DNA of 64,000 bases from Eledone cirrhosa (Eukaryota): contig OZ024752.1 in assembly GCA_964016885.1 (NCBI GenBank), positions 23,002,001 through 23,066,000 of the forward strand. The letters are read 5' to 3'. Positions within the stretch are counted from its first letter, which is position 1. The number at the start of each line of letters is the position of its first letter. The notes under the pieces were generated by a model, which was given only the letters and a program-made list of their open reading frames with translations, was not told the DNA's origin and made no database searches. Below are positions 42,201 to 61,800 of this stretch, one piece after another. Position numbers and translations under genes: made by a program.

Positions 42201-45200
42201 ACCACACCACACCACAACACACCACACCACAACACAGCACACTACACTACACCACAGCACACCACACTACACTACACTACACTACACTACACTACACTAC
42301 ACCACACTACACTACACTACACCACACTACCTTACACAACACTACACCACACAACACCACACAACACTACACCACACCACACTACACCACACTACACTAC
42401 ACTACACTACACTACACTACACCACACTACACTACACTACATCACACTACCTTACACAACACTACACCACACAACACCACACAACACTACACCACACCAC
42501 ACTACACCACACCACAACACACATCATCACACCACAGCACAGCACACTACACCACACCACAACACACCACACCACACCACACTACAACACCACACACCAC
42601 GCCACACTACACCCCACCACACTACACAACCCGCCACAGCACAATACACCACACCACACGACACTACACCACACCACACGAAACTACAACACACGACACT
42701 ACAGTACACCACACTACACCACAGCACACGACACGACACCACACCACAACACAACACACCACACCACAACACATCACACCACACTACACTACACTACACC
42801 GCACTACAACACACTACATTACACCACACTAAACCACACCACACGACACTACAACACACCCACCACACTACACCATACCACACCACAACACACCACAACA
42901 CACACACCACACGAAACAACACCACACCACACTACACCACAACACACACAGCACACCACACCACACCCCAACCCACCACAACACACCACACCACACCACA
43001 CCACACCACACCACACCACACTACACCATACCCACCACACTACACCACTCCACACTACACCACACCACAGCACAGCACACTACTCCACACCACACCACAC
43101 TACACCACACCACACTACACTACAGCACACCATACTACACTACACCCCACCACACTACACCACACAACAACACACCACACCACACTACACCACAGCACAC
43201 CACACCACAGCACACCACAACAAACCACACCACTCTACACCACATCACACTACAGTACACCACAGCACACTACAGATCACCCACACTATACCATACAAAA
43301 CTACAACACACCACACCACAACACACCACACTACACCACAGCACACCACACCACATCACAATACACCGCACCACACCACACCATACCACACAACACTACA
43401 CCACACCACACTACAACACACCATACTACACCACACCACACCAAACCACAATACATCACACCACACCACACCACACTAGACCACAACACACCACACCACA
43501 CCACACCCCACAACACCACAGCACACAACACCACACTACACCACACCACACCACACTACACCACACAACACTACACTACACCACACTACACCAAACAACA
43601 TTATAATACACCACACCACACCACACCACACTACACACAGCACACCACATCACACCGCACTACACCACAACACACCACAGCACAGCACACCACACCACAC
43701 CACAACACCTCACCAGACTACACAACAACACGCCACACCACAACACACCACACCACACAACACCACATCACACCACAGCACACTACAACACAGCACACCA
43801 CAGCACACAATACCATACTACAGTACACCACACTACATCACACCACACTACAGCACACCACACTACACCACACAACACTACACCACACTACACAACACCA
43901 CACCACATCACACCACACCATACCACAACACACCACACCACACCACACTACACCACAGCACAACACAACACACCACACCACACTACACCACACAACACTA
44001 CACTACACCACACTACACCAAACAACACTATACTACACCACACTATACCACACCACACTACACACACCACACCACAACTCACCACAACACACCACAACAC
44101 ACCACACTACACCACAAAACACCACAGCACAGCACACCACACCACAACACCACACCACACCACACCTCACCACACTACACCACAGCACACCATACTACAC
44201 CACACTACACCAGACGCACCACACTACACAATACCACACCACACCACACTACACACACCACACCACAAGACACCACAAGACACCACAACACACACACCAC
44301 ACCACACCACACCACACTACACCACACCACACTACACCACAACACACCTCATCACACCCCAGCACAGCACAGTACACTACACCACACCACAACACACCAC
44401 ACCACACTACAACACAACACGCCACACCAAACTACACCCCACCACACTACACCACACCACAACACACCGCAACACACCACACCACACTACACAGCAACAC
44501 GCAACAGCACAACACACAACACCACACCACACCACACTACAACACACCACACCACACTACACCACAGCACACGACACGACACGACACCACACGACACCAC
44601 AACACACCATGCCACACCACAACACATCACACGACACTACAACACACCACACTACACCACAGCACACTACTCCACACCACAACACACCACAAAACACCAC
44701 ACAACAACACAGCACACTACACCACAGCACAGCACACCACACCATAACACACCACACTACACCACACTACAACACAACACACCACAGCACACTAGACCCC
44801 ACCACACCACACCACATTACACCACACCACATCACAGCACACCACACCACACTACACTACACCACACTACACTACACCACAGTACACTACCCTATACTAC
44901 ACCACACTACACCACACTACACAACACTACATTACACCACACTAAACCACACCACACCACACTACACCCACCACACTACACCATACCACACCACAACACA
45001 CCACAACACACACACCACACCACACAACACCACAGCACACTACAACACAGCACACCACAGCACACAACACCATACTACATTACACCACACTACACCACAC
45101 CACACTACACCACACTACACCCCACCACACTACACCACACCACACTACACCACACCAAACCACAACACACTACATCACACCACACAACACAACATCACAC

Positions 45201-48200
45201 CACAGCACACTACAACACAGCACACACAGCACAGAACACCACAACACACCACAACACACCACACCACACTACACACTACCACACCACAACACACTACACC
45301 ACACCACCCCACACCACACCACACCGCACCACACCACATCACTCTACACACACCACACCACAACACACCACACACACAACACCACACCACAGAACATCAC
45401 AACACACCACATCACGTCACACTACACCACAACACACCACAGCACACCACCCCACACCACACGACACCACATCACACCACATCACTCTACACACACCACA
45501 CCACACCACACCACAACACACTACACCACACCACACCACAACACAGCACAGCACACCGCACCACACCACATCACTCTATACACACCACACCACAACACAC
45601 CACACCACACAACACCACACCACAGAACATCACAACACACCACATCACATCACACTACACCACAACACACCACGGCACACCACCCCACAACACACCACAC
45701 CACACCCCACCCCACCACAACACACCACACGACACGACACCACACCACAACACTACACCGCAGCACACCACACTACATCACACTACACCACACCCACCAC
45801 ACTACACAATACCACACCACAACACACCACAACACACACACCACACCACACTACACCACATCACAGAACACCACACTACACTATAGCACACCAACCACAA
45901 CACACCGCAACACACCGCAACACACCACACCATACCACACGACGCCACATCACACCACACCACACTACAACACACCATAGTACACCCACCACACCACACC
46001 ACACCACACCACACTTCACCACACTACACCACACTACACCACAGCACAGCACACTACAACACACAACACTACATAACACGACACGACACCACACCACACT
46101 ACACCACACCAAATTGCACCACACCACACTACACCACACTACACCAAACCGCACCACACTACACCACAATACACCACACCACACAACACCACATCCACCA
46201 CATCACACAATAGCACACCACAACACACCACACCACACCACACAACACTACAACACACCACACCACACCACACTTCACCACACTACACAATACCACACTA
46301 CACCACACCACACTACACCACAGCGCACCACAACACACCGCACCACACCACACCACAACCCACGACACCACACCACAACACACTACACAACACCACACAA
46401 CACCACACCACAATACAACAAACCATAATACACCACACCACACCACACCCCACAACACCACATCACACCACACCACACTACAACACAGCACACCACGGCA
46501 CACAACACCACACTACACCACACCACACCACACAACACCACAACACACCACAACACACCACACCACACCACACCACATCACACCACAGCACACTACAACA
46601 CAGCACACCACAGCACACAATACCATACAACATTACACCACACTACACCACACCACACTATACCACACCACACTACACCACACCACACTACACCACACCA
46701 CACCAAACCACAGCCCACAACACCACATCACACCACAGCACACTACAACACAGCACACCACAGCACTCAACACCACACTACACCACACCACAACACAACA
46801 CACCACACCACACCACACCACAACACACCACAACACACCACAACACACCACACAACACTACATCACACCACAGCACACTACAACACAGCACACCACAGCA
46901 CACAATACCATACTACAGTACACCACACTACATCACACCACACTACACCACACCACACTACACCACATCACACTACACCACACTACACAACACCACACCA
47001 CACCACACAACACCATACCACAACACACCACACCACACCACACCACACTACACCACAGCACAACACAACACACCACACCACACTACACCACACAACACTG
47101 CACTACACCACACTACACCAAACAACACTATATTACACCACACCACACTACACCACACCACAACACACCACACCACACAACACTACATCACACCACAGCA
47201 CACTACAACACAGCACACCACAGCACACAATACCATACTACAGTACACCACACTACATCACACCACACTACACCACACCACACTACACCACACCACACTA
47301 CACCACACTACACAACACCACACCACACCACACAACACCATACCACAACACACCACACCACACCACACCACACTACACCACAGCACAACACAACACACCA
47401 CACCACACTACACCACACAACACTGCACTACACCACACTACACCAAACAACACTATACTACACCACACCACACCACACTACACTACACACACCACACCAC
47501 AACAAACCACAACACACCACATCACACCACACTACACCAGAACACACCACAGCACAGCACACCACACCACACCACACCACAACACCTCACCACACTACAC
47601 AACAACACGCCACACCACACATCACCACATCACACCACAGCACACTACAACACAGCACAACACAGCACACAATACCATACTACAGTACACAACACTACAC
47701 CACACCACACTACACCACACCACACGACACCACACCACACCACAATAAACCACACCACACTACACCACACCACAATACACAACACCACACTACACCAAAA
47801 CACACCACAGCACACTACAACACAGCACACCACAGTACACTACACCATACTACATTACACCACACTACATCACACCACACTACACCACACCACACTACAC
47901 CACACAACACTACACCACACCACAGCACACCACACCACACCATACCACAACACACCACACCACACCACACCACACCACACTACACCACAGCCCACAACAC
48001 CACATCACACCACAGCACACTACAACACAGCACACCACAGCACTCAACACCACACCAGATCACACCACACCATACCACACCACACTATACCACACCACAC
48101 TACTCAACACCACACCACACCACACCACAACACACCACACCACAACACACCACACTACACCACAACACACCACAGCACAGCACACCACACCACACCACAC

Positions 48201-51200
48201 CACAACACCACACCACACCTCACCACACTACAACACAGCACACCATACTACACCACACTACACCACACCCACCACACTACACCATACCATACCACATCAC
48301 ACTACACACACCACACCACAAGACACCACAAGACACCACAACACACACAGCACTCTACACCACACCACACCACACTACACCACACCACACCACATCACAC
48401 TACACCACAACACACCTCATCACACGCCAGCACAGCACAGTACACTACACCACACCACAACACACCACACCACACCACACTACACCCCACCACACTACAC
48501 CAAACCACAACACACCACAACACACCACACCACACTACACAAAAACACGCCACAGCACAACACACAACACCACACCACACTACACCCCACCACACTACAC
48601 CAAACCACAACACACCACAACACACCACACCACACTACACAAAAACACGCCACAGCACAACACACCACACCACACCAAACAACACTACAACACACAACAC
48701 CACACTACACCACAGCACACGACACGACACGACACCACACCACAACACACCATACCACACCACAACACATCACACCACACTACAACACACCACACTACAC
48801 CACAGCACACTACACCACACCACAACACACCACAAAACACCACACCACAACACACCACACCACACTACACCACAGCACAGCACACCACACCACAACACAC
48901 CACACCACACCACACCACACCACACTACACCACACTACAACACAGCACACCACACTAGACCCCACCACACCACACCACATTACACCACACCACATCACAG
49001 CACACCACACCACACTACACTACACCACACTACACTACACCACACTACACTACACTATACTACACCACACTACACCACACTACACCACACTACATTACAC
49101 CACAGTAAACCACACCGCACCACACTACACCACACCCACCACACTACACCATACAACACCACAACACACCACAACACACCACACCACACAACACTACATC
49201 ACACCACACCACACTACACCACATCACACCACAGCACACTACAACACAGCACACCACAGCACACAATACCATACTACATTACACCACACTACATCACACC
49301 ACACTACATCACACCACACTACACCACACCACACTACAAAACACCACACTACACCACACCACACTACACCAAACAACACTATACTACACCACACCACACC
49401 ACACCACACTACACAGACCACACCACAACACACCACAACACACCACATCACACCACACCACAACACACCACACCACACGACACTACAACACACCACACTA
49501 CAGTACACCACACTACACCACAGCACACGACACGACACCACACCACAATACACCACACCACACTGCAACATGCCACTCTATACCACACCACACTACACCA
49601 CAACACACCACAGCACACTACAACACAGCACACCACAGTACACTACACCATACTACATTACACCACACTACATCACACCACACTACACCACACCACACTA
49701 CACCACACAACACTACACCACACCACACTACACAACACCACACCACACCACACCATACCACAACACACCACAACACACCACACCACACCACACCACACTA
49801 CACCACAACACAACACACCACACCACACTACACCACACAACACTACACTACACCACACTACACCAAACAACACTATACGACACCACACTATACCACACCA
49901 CACTACACACACCACACCACAACTCACCACAACACACCACAACACACCACACTACACCACAACACACCACAGCACACCACACCACACCACACCACAACAC
50001 CACACTACACCACACCTCACCACACTACACCACAGCACACCATACTACACCACACTACACCACACCCACCACACTACACCATACCACACCACACCACACT
50101 ACACACACCACACCACAAGACACCACAAGACACCACAACACACACACCACACCACACCACACCACACCACACTACACCATACCACACCACATCACACTAC
50201 AACACAACACACCTCATCACACCCCAGCACAGCACAGTACACTACACCACAACACACACACCACACCACACTACAACACAACAGCCCACACCACACTACA
50301 CCCCACCACACTACACCACACCACACCACACCACACCCCAACACACCACACTACACAACAACACGCCACAGCACAACACACCACACAAAACCACACCACA
50401 CCACACCACATCACAGCACAGCACACTACACTACACTACACCACACTACACCACACTACACCACACTACATTACACCACACTAAACCACACCACACCACA
50501 CCCACCACACTACACTATACCACACCACAACACACCACAACACAAACACCACACCAAAAAACACCACACGACACTACACCACAACACACCACACCACACC
50601 ACACCACACTACACCACAGCACACCACACTACACCACACTACACCACACCAGAACACACCACACCACACTACACAACAACACGCCACAGCACAACACACC
50701 ACACCACACTACAACACACCATACTAAACTACACCACACCATACTACACTACACGACAACACACCACATTACACCATAGCACACCACAACACACCACACC
50801 ACACTACACTTCAGCGCACTAGACTACACGACACCACACTACACCACAGCACACCAAATCACACCACAACACACCACACCACAACACACCATACCACAAC
50901 ACACCACACCAATCTACACCACATCACACTACAGTACACCACAGCACACTACACCACACCAGATCAAGCATACTATACCATACCGCACTACAACACACAA
51001 CACTACACCACACCACACCACACCACACCACACCAAACCACAACACACCACACCACAACACACCACACCACGCTACACCACAGCACAGCACACCACACCA
51101 CACCACACCACACCACACCACACCACACCACACCACAACACACCACACCACGCTACACCACACCACGCTACACCACAGCACACCACACCACACCACACCA

Positions 51201-54200
51201 CACCACACCACACCACACCAAACCACACCACAACACACCACACCACACCACACCACAACACACCACAACACACCACACCACGCTACACCACAGCACAGCA
51301 CAGCACACCACACCCCACCCCACCACACCACACCACATCACACCACACCACACCACAATACACCACACCACACTACACCACAGCAGACCACAGTACACCA
51401 CACCACACCAAACCACACCACACCACACCAAACCACACCACAACACACCACACCACACCACACCACAACACACCACACCACAACACACCACACCACGCTA
51501 CACCATAGCACAGCACAGCACACCACACCACACCACACCACACCACACCACACCACACCACACCACACCACACCACAACACACCACACCACGCTACACCA
51601 CACCACGCTACACCACAGCACACCACACCACACCACACCACACCACACCACACCACACCACACCACACCACACCACACCACACCACACCACACCACGCCA
51701 TACCACACAACGCCACAACACACCACACCACGCTACACCACAGCAGACCACAGTACACCACACCACACCACACCACACCACACCACACCACACCACACCA
51801 CACCACACCACACCACACCACACCACACCACACCACACCACACCACAACACACCACACCACGCTACACCACACCACGCTACACCACAGCACACCACAACA
51901 CACCACACAACAACACACCACATCACGCTACACCACACCACGCTACACCACAGCACACCACACCACACCACACCACACCACACCACACCACACCACACCA
52001 CACCACACCACACCACACCACACCACACCACACCACAACACACCACACCACGCTACACCACACCACGCTACACCACAGCACACCACACCACACCACACCA
52101 CACCACACCACACCACACCACACCACACCACACCACACCACAACACACCACACCACAACACAGCACACTACACTACACCACAGCACACCACACCACACGA
52201 CACCAGAGCACACCACACCACACCACAACACACCACACTAGACCACACCACACCACACCACATTACACCACACCACATCACAGCACACCACACCACACTA
52301 CAGTACAACACACTACACTACATCACACTACACTACACTACACTACACCGCACTACAACACACTACATTACACCACACTAAACCACACCACACGACACTA
52401 CAACACACCCACCACACTACACCATACCACACCACAACACACCACAACACACACACCACACCAAACAACACCACACCACACTACACCACAACACACACAG
52501 CACACCACACCACACCCCAACCCACCACAACACACCACACCACACCACACCACACCACACCACACCACACCACACCACACCACGCTACACCACACCACGC
52601 TACACCACAGCACACCACACCACACCACACCACACCACACCACACCACACCACACCACACCACACCACAACACACCACACCACGCTACACCACACCACGC
52701 TACACCACAGTACACCACACCACACCACACCACACCACACCACACCACACCACACCACACCACACTACACCACAACACACCACACCACGCTACACCACAC
52801 CACGCTACACCACAGCACACCACAGCACAGCACACCACACCACACCACACCACACCACACCACACCACACCACACCACACCACACTACACCACAACACAC
52901 CACACCACGCTACACCACACCACGCTACACCACAGCACACCACACCACACCACACCACACCACACCACACCACACCACACCACACCACACCACACCACAC
53001 CACAACACACCACACCACAACACAGCACACTACACTACACCACAGCACACCACACTACACTACACTACACTACACTACACTACACTACACCACACTACAC
53101 TACACTACACCACACTACCTTACACAACACTACACCACACAACACCACACAACACTACACCACACCACACTACACCACACTACACTACACTACACTACAC
53201 TACACTACACCACACTACACTACACTACACCACACTACCTTACACAACACTACACCACACAACACCACACAACACTACACCACACCACACTACACCACAC
53301 CACAACACACATCATCACACCACAGCACAGCACACTACACCACACCACAACACACCACACCACACCACACTACAACACCACACACCACGCCACACTACAC
53401 CCCACCACACTACACAACCCGCCACAGCACAATACACCACACCACACGACACTACACCACACCACACGAAACTACAACACACGACACTACAGTACACCAC
53501 ACTACACCACAGCACACGACACGACACCACACCACAACACAACACACCACACCACAACACATCACACCACACTACACTACACTACACCGCACTACAACAC
53601 ACTACATTACACCACACTAAACCACACCACACGACACTACAACACACCCACCACACTACACCATACCACACCACAACACACCACAACACACACACCACAC
53701 GAAACAACACCACACCACACTACACCACAACACACACAGCACACCACACCACACCCCAACCCACCACAACACACCACACCACACCACACCACACCACACC
53801 ACACCACACTACACCATACCCACCACACTACACCACTCCACACTACACCACACCACAGCACAGCACACTACTCCACACCACACCACACTACACCACACCA
53901 CACTACACTACAGCACACCATACTACACTACACCCCACCACACTACACCACACAACAACACACCACACCACACTACACCACAGCACACCACACCACAGCA
54001 CACCACAACAAACCACACCACTCTACACCACATCACACTACAGTACACCACAGCACACTACAGATCACCCACACTATACCATACAAAACTACAACACACC
54101 ACACCACAACACACCACACTACACCACAGCACACCACACCACATCACAATACACCGCACCACACCACACCATACCACACAACACTACACCACACCACACT

Positions 54201-55820
54201 ACAACACACCATACTACACCACACCACACCAAACCACAATACATCACACCACACCACACCACACTAGACCACAACACACCACACCACACCACACCCCACA
54301 ACACCACAGCACACAACACCACACTACACCACACCACACCACACTACACCACACAACACTACACTACACCACACTACACCAAACAACATTATAATACACC
54401 ACACCACACCACACCACACTACACACAGCACACCACATCACACCGCACTACACCACAACACACCACAGCACAGCACACCACACCACACCACAACACCTCA
54501 CCAGACTACACAACAACACGCCACACCACAACACACCACACCACACAACACCACATCACACCACAGCACACTACAACACAGCACACCACAGCACACAATA
54601 CCATACTACAGTACACCACACTACATCACACCACACTACAGCACACCACACTACACCACACAACACTACACCACACTACACAACACCACACCACATCACA
54701 CCACACCATACCACAACACACCACACCACACCACACCACACTACACCACAGCACAACACAACACACCACACCACACTACACCACACAACACTACACTACA
54801 CCACACTACACCAAACAACACTATACTACACCACACTATACCACACCACACTACACACACCACACCACAACTCACCACAACACACCACAACACACCACAC
54901 TACACCACAAAACACCACAGCACAGCACACCACACCACAACACCACACCACACCACACCTCACCACACTACACCACAGCACACCATACTACACCACACTA
55001 CACCAGACGCACCACACTACACAATACCACACCACACCACACTACACACACCACAAGACACCACAAGACACCACAACACACACACCACACCACACCACAC
55101 CACACCACACTACACCACACCACACTACACCACAACACACCTCATCACACCCCAGCACAGCACAGTACACTACACCACACCACAACACACCACACCACAC
55201 TACAACACAACACGCCACACCAAACTACACCCCACCACACTACACCACACCACAACACACCGCAACACACCACACCACACTACACAGCAACACGCAACAG
55301 CACAACACACAACACCACACCACACCACACTACAACACACCACACCACACTACACCACAGCACACGACACGACACGACACCACACGACACCACAACACAC
55401 CATGCCACACCACAACACATCACACGACACTACAACACACCACACTACACCACAGCACACTACTCCACACCACAACACACCACAAAACACCACACAACAA
55501 CACAGCACACTACACCACAGCACAGCACACCACACCATAACACACCACACTACACCACACTACAACACAACACACCACAGCACACTAGACCCCACCACAC
55601 CACACCACATTACACCACACCACATCACAGCACACCACACCACACTACACTACACCACACTACACTACACCACAGTACACTACCCTATACTACACCACAC
55701 TACACCACACTACACAACACTACATTACACCACACTAAACCACACCACACCACACTACACCCACCACACTACACCATACCACACCACAACACACCACAAC
55801 ACACACACCACACCAAACAA
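34130..55820. repeat. Higher-order tandem duplication, period ~10.8 kb
   Basis: Matching ORFs at offsets of 10788-10900 (35316/46114, 36847/47645, 38351/49239, 42527/53315, 43331/54119, 44557/55350). Boundaries approximate. Confidence 0.88.
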
Positions 55821-58800
55821 CACCACACCAAACTACACCACAAAACACCCATCACACCACACCCCACCACACCACAACACACCACAAGACACCACACGAC
55901 ACCACACCACACCACACCACAGCACTACACCGCAGCACACCACACTACACCACACTACACCACACCCACCACACTACACAATACCACACCACAACACACA
56001 CACCACACCACACCATACTACACCACATCACACCACACCACACTACATTACAGCACACCACACCACAACACACCGCAACACACCGCAACACACCACACCA
56101 TACCACACAATGCCACACCACACCACACTACAACACACCATACTACACCACACCACACCACGCTACATCACACCACACCACACTAGACAACAACACACCA
56201 CACCACACCACACAACACTACACCACACCACATAACACTACAACACACCACACCACACCACACCACACTTCACCACACTACACCATACCACACTACACCA
56301 CAGCACAGCACACTACAACACACAACACTACATAACACGACACCACACCACACCACACTACACCAGACCAAATTACACCACACCACACTACACCACACTA
56401 CACCAAACCGCACCACACTACACCACACTACACCACACCACACCACACAACACCACATCCAACACATCACACCATAGCACACCACAACACACCACACCAC
56501 ACAACACTACAACACACCACACCACACTTCACCACACTACACAATACCACACTACACCACACCACACTACATCACAGCGCACCACAACACACCGCACCAC
56601 ACCACACCACAACCCACGACACCACACAACAACACACTGCACCACACCACACAACACCACACCACACTACAACACACCATACTACACCACACCACACCAC
56701 ACCCCACAACACCACAGCACACAACACCACACTACACCACACCACACCACACTACACCACACAACACTAAACTACACCACACTACACCAAACAACATTAT
56801 ACTACACCACACCACACCACACTACACACACCACACCACAACACACCACAACACACCACATCACACCACACTACACCACAACACACCACAGCACAGCACA
56901 GCACACCACACCACACCACAACACCTCACCACACTACACAACAACACGCCACACCACAACACACCACACCACACAACACCACATCACACCACAGCACACT
57001 ACAACACAGCACACCACAGCACACAATACCATACTACAGTACACAACACTACACCACACCACACTACACCACACCACAATACCCCACACCACACTACACC
57101 ACAACACACCACAGCACACTACAACACAGCACACCACAGTACACTACACCATACTACATTACACCACACTACATCACACCACACTACACCACACCACACT
57201 ACACCACACAACACTACACCACACCACACTACACAACACCACACCACATCACACCACACCATACCACAACACACCACACCACACCACACTACACCACAGC
57301 ACAACACAACACACCACAACACACTACACCACACAACACTACACTACACCACACTACACCAAACAACACTATACTACACCACACTATACCACACCACACT
57401 ACACACACCACACCACAACTCACCACAACACACCACAACACACCACACTACACCACAACACACCACAGCACAGCACACTACACCACACCACAACACCACA
57501 CCACACCACACCTCACCACACTACACCACAGCACACCATACTACACCACACTACACCACACCCACCACACTACACCATACCACACCACACCACACTACAC
57601 CACACACCACACCACAAGACACCACAAGACACCACAACACACACACCACACCACACCACACCACACTACACCACACCACATCACACTACACCACACCACA
57701 CCACACCACACCACACCACACCACACCACACCACAACACACCACAACACACCACACCACACCACACCACATCACACCACAGCACACTACAACACAGCACA
57801 CCACAGCACACAATACCATACTAAATTACACCACACTACACCACAACACACTACACCACACCACATTACACCACACCACACTACACCACACCACAGCACA
57901 CCACAGCCCACAACACCACATCACACCACAGCACACTACAACACAGCACACCACATCACACTACACCACACCACACCACAACACACCACAACACACCCCA
58001 CCACACAACACTACATCACACCACACCACACTACACCACACCACACTACACCACACCACACAACACTACATCACACCACAGCACACTACAACACAGCACA
58101 CCACAGCACACAATACCATACTACATTACACCACACTACATCACAGCACACTACACCACACCACACTACACCACACCACACTACACCACACCACACTACA
58201 CAACACCACACCACACCACACCACACCACACCACACCATACCACAACACACGACACCACACCACACCACACTACACCACAGCACAACACAATCCACCACA
58301 CCACACTACACCAAACAACACTATACTACACCGCACCACACCACAGCACACTACACACACCACACCACAACACACCACAACACACCACATCACACCACAA
58401 TACACCACAACACACCACAGCACAGCAAACCACACCACACGACACTACAACACACCACACTACAGTACACCACACTACACCACAGCACACGACACCACAC
58501 CACACCACAATACACCACACCACACTACAACATGCCACTCTACACCACACCACACTACACCAAAACACACCACAGCACACTACAACACAGCACACCACAG
58601 TACACTACACCATACTACATTACACCACACTACATCACACCACACTACACCACACAACACTACACCACACCAAACAACACTATACGACAGCACACTATAC
58701 CACACCACACTACACACACCACACCACAACTCACCACAACACACCACAATACACCACACTACACCACAACACACCACAGCACAGCACACCACACAACACC

Positions 58801-61800
58801 ACACCACACCACACCACACCATACCACAACACACCACACTACACCATACCACACTACACCACAGCACAACACAACACACCATACCACACTACACCACACA
58901 ACACTACACTACACCACACTACACCAAACAACACTATACGACACCACACTATACCACACCACACTACACACACCACACCACAACTCACCACAACACACCA
59001 CAATACACCACACTACACCACAACACACCACAGCACAGCACACCACACCACACCACACCACAACACCACACCACACCACACCTCACCACACTACACCACA
59101 GCACACCATACTACACCACACTACACCACACCCACCACACTACACCATACCACACCACACCACACTACACACACCACACCACAAGACACCACAACACACC
59201 ACAACACACACACCACACCACACCACACCACACCACACTACACGACACCACACCATATCACACTACACCACAACACACCTCATCACACCCCAGCACAGCA
59301 CAGTACACTACACCACACCACAACACACCACACCACACCACACTACAACACAACACCCCACACCACACTATACCCCAGCACACTACACCACACCACAACA
59401 CACCACAACAAACCACATCACACCACAATACACCACAACACACCACAGCACAGCACACCACACTACACCACAGCACACGACACCACACCACACCACAATA
59501 CACCACACCACACTACAACATGCCACTCTACACCACACCACACTACACCAAAACACACCACAGCACACTACAACACAGCACACCACAGTACACTACACCA
59601 TACTACATTACACCACACTACATCACACCACACTACACCACACTACACCACACTACACAACACCACACCACACTACACAACACCACACCACACCACACCA
59701 CACCATACCACAACACACCACACTACACCACACCACACTACACCACAGCACAACAAAACACACCACACCACACTACACCACACAACACTACACTACACCA
59801 CACTACACCAAACAACACTTTACGACACCACACTATACCACACCACACTACACACACCACACCACCACTCACCACAACACACCACAATACACCACACTAC
59901 ACCACAACACACCACAGCACAGCACACCACACCACACCACACCACAACACCACACAACACCACACCTCACCACACTACACCACAGCACACCATACTACAC
60001 CACACTACACCACACCCACCACACTACACCATACCACACCACACCACACTACACACACCACACCACAAGACACCACAACACACCACAACACACACACCAC
60101 ACCACACCACACCACACCACACCACAGCACACTACACCACACCATATCACACTACACCACAACACACCTCATCACACCCCAGCACAGCACAGTACACTAC
60201 ACCACACCACAACACACCACACCACACCACACTACAACACAACACCCCACACCACACTACACAACAACACGCCACAGAACAACACACCACACAAAAAGAC
60301 ACCACACCACATCACAGCGCAGCACACCACACTACACTACATTACAGTACACCACACTACACTACACTACACCACACTACATTACACCACACTATACCAC
60401 ACCACAACACACCACAACACAGACACCACACAAAACAACACCACACCACACTACACCACAACACACACACCACACCACACCCCACCACAACACAACACAC
60501 CACCCCACACCACACCTAACTACACCACAGCACACCACACTACACCACACTACACCACACCAGAACACACCACACCACACTACACAACAACACGCCACAG
60601 CACAACACACCACACCACACTACAACACACCACACTACACTACACCACACCATACTACACTACACGACAACACACCACATTACACCACAGCACACCACAA
60701 CACACCACACCACACCACACTACACTACAGCGCACTACACTACACGACACCAATCTACACCACTTCACACTACAGTACACCACAGCACACTACACCACAC
60801 CAGATCAAGCACACTATACCATACCGCACTACAACACACAACACTACACCACACCACACCGCACAACACCACACCACACCACAGCACAGCACAGCACAGC
60901 ACACCACACCACACCACAACACACCACACCAGGCTATACCACACCACGCTACACCACAGCACACCACACCACATCACACCACACCACACCACACCACACC
61001 ACACCACACCACAACACACCACACTACACTACACCACAGCACACCACAACACACCACACCACACCACACCACACCACACCACAACACACCACAACACAAC
61101 ACACCACACTACACTACACCACAGCACACCACACCACACCACAACACACCACACCACACCACAGAAAAACACACCACACCACAACACACCACACCACGCC
61201 ACACCACAGCACACCACACCACACCACAACACACCGCACCACACCACGCCATACCACACAACGCCACAACACACCACACAACGCTACACCACAGCAGACC
61301 ACAGTACACCACACCACACCACACCACACCACACCACACCACACCACACCACACCACACCACAACACACCACACCAAGCTACACCACACCACGCTACACC
61401 ACAGCACACCACACTACACCACACCACACCACACCACACCACACCACTCCACACCACACCACAACACACCACACCACACTACACCACACTACACTACACC
61501 ACACCACACCACACCACACCACACCACACCACGTCACACCACAACACACCACACCACAACACACCGCACCACACCACGCCATACCACACAACGCTACACC
61601 ACACCACACTACAACACACCATACTACACCACACCACACAACACTACATCACACCACACCACACTAGACCACAATACACCACACCACACCACACTACAGT
61701 ACACCACACTACACTACACTACACTACACTACACCACACTACACCACACTACACCACACTACATTACACAACACTACACCACACTACACTACACTACACT

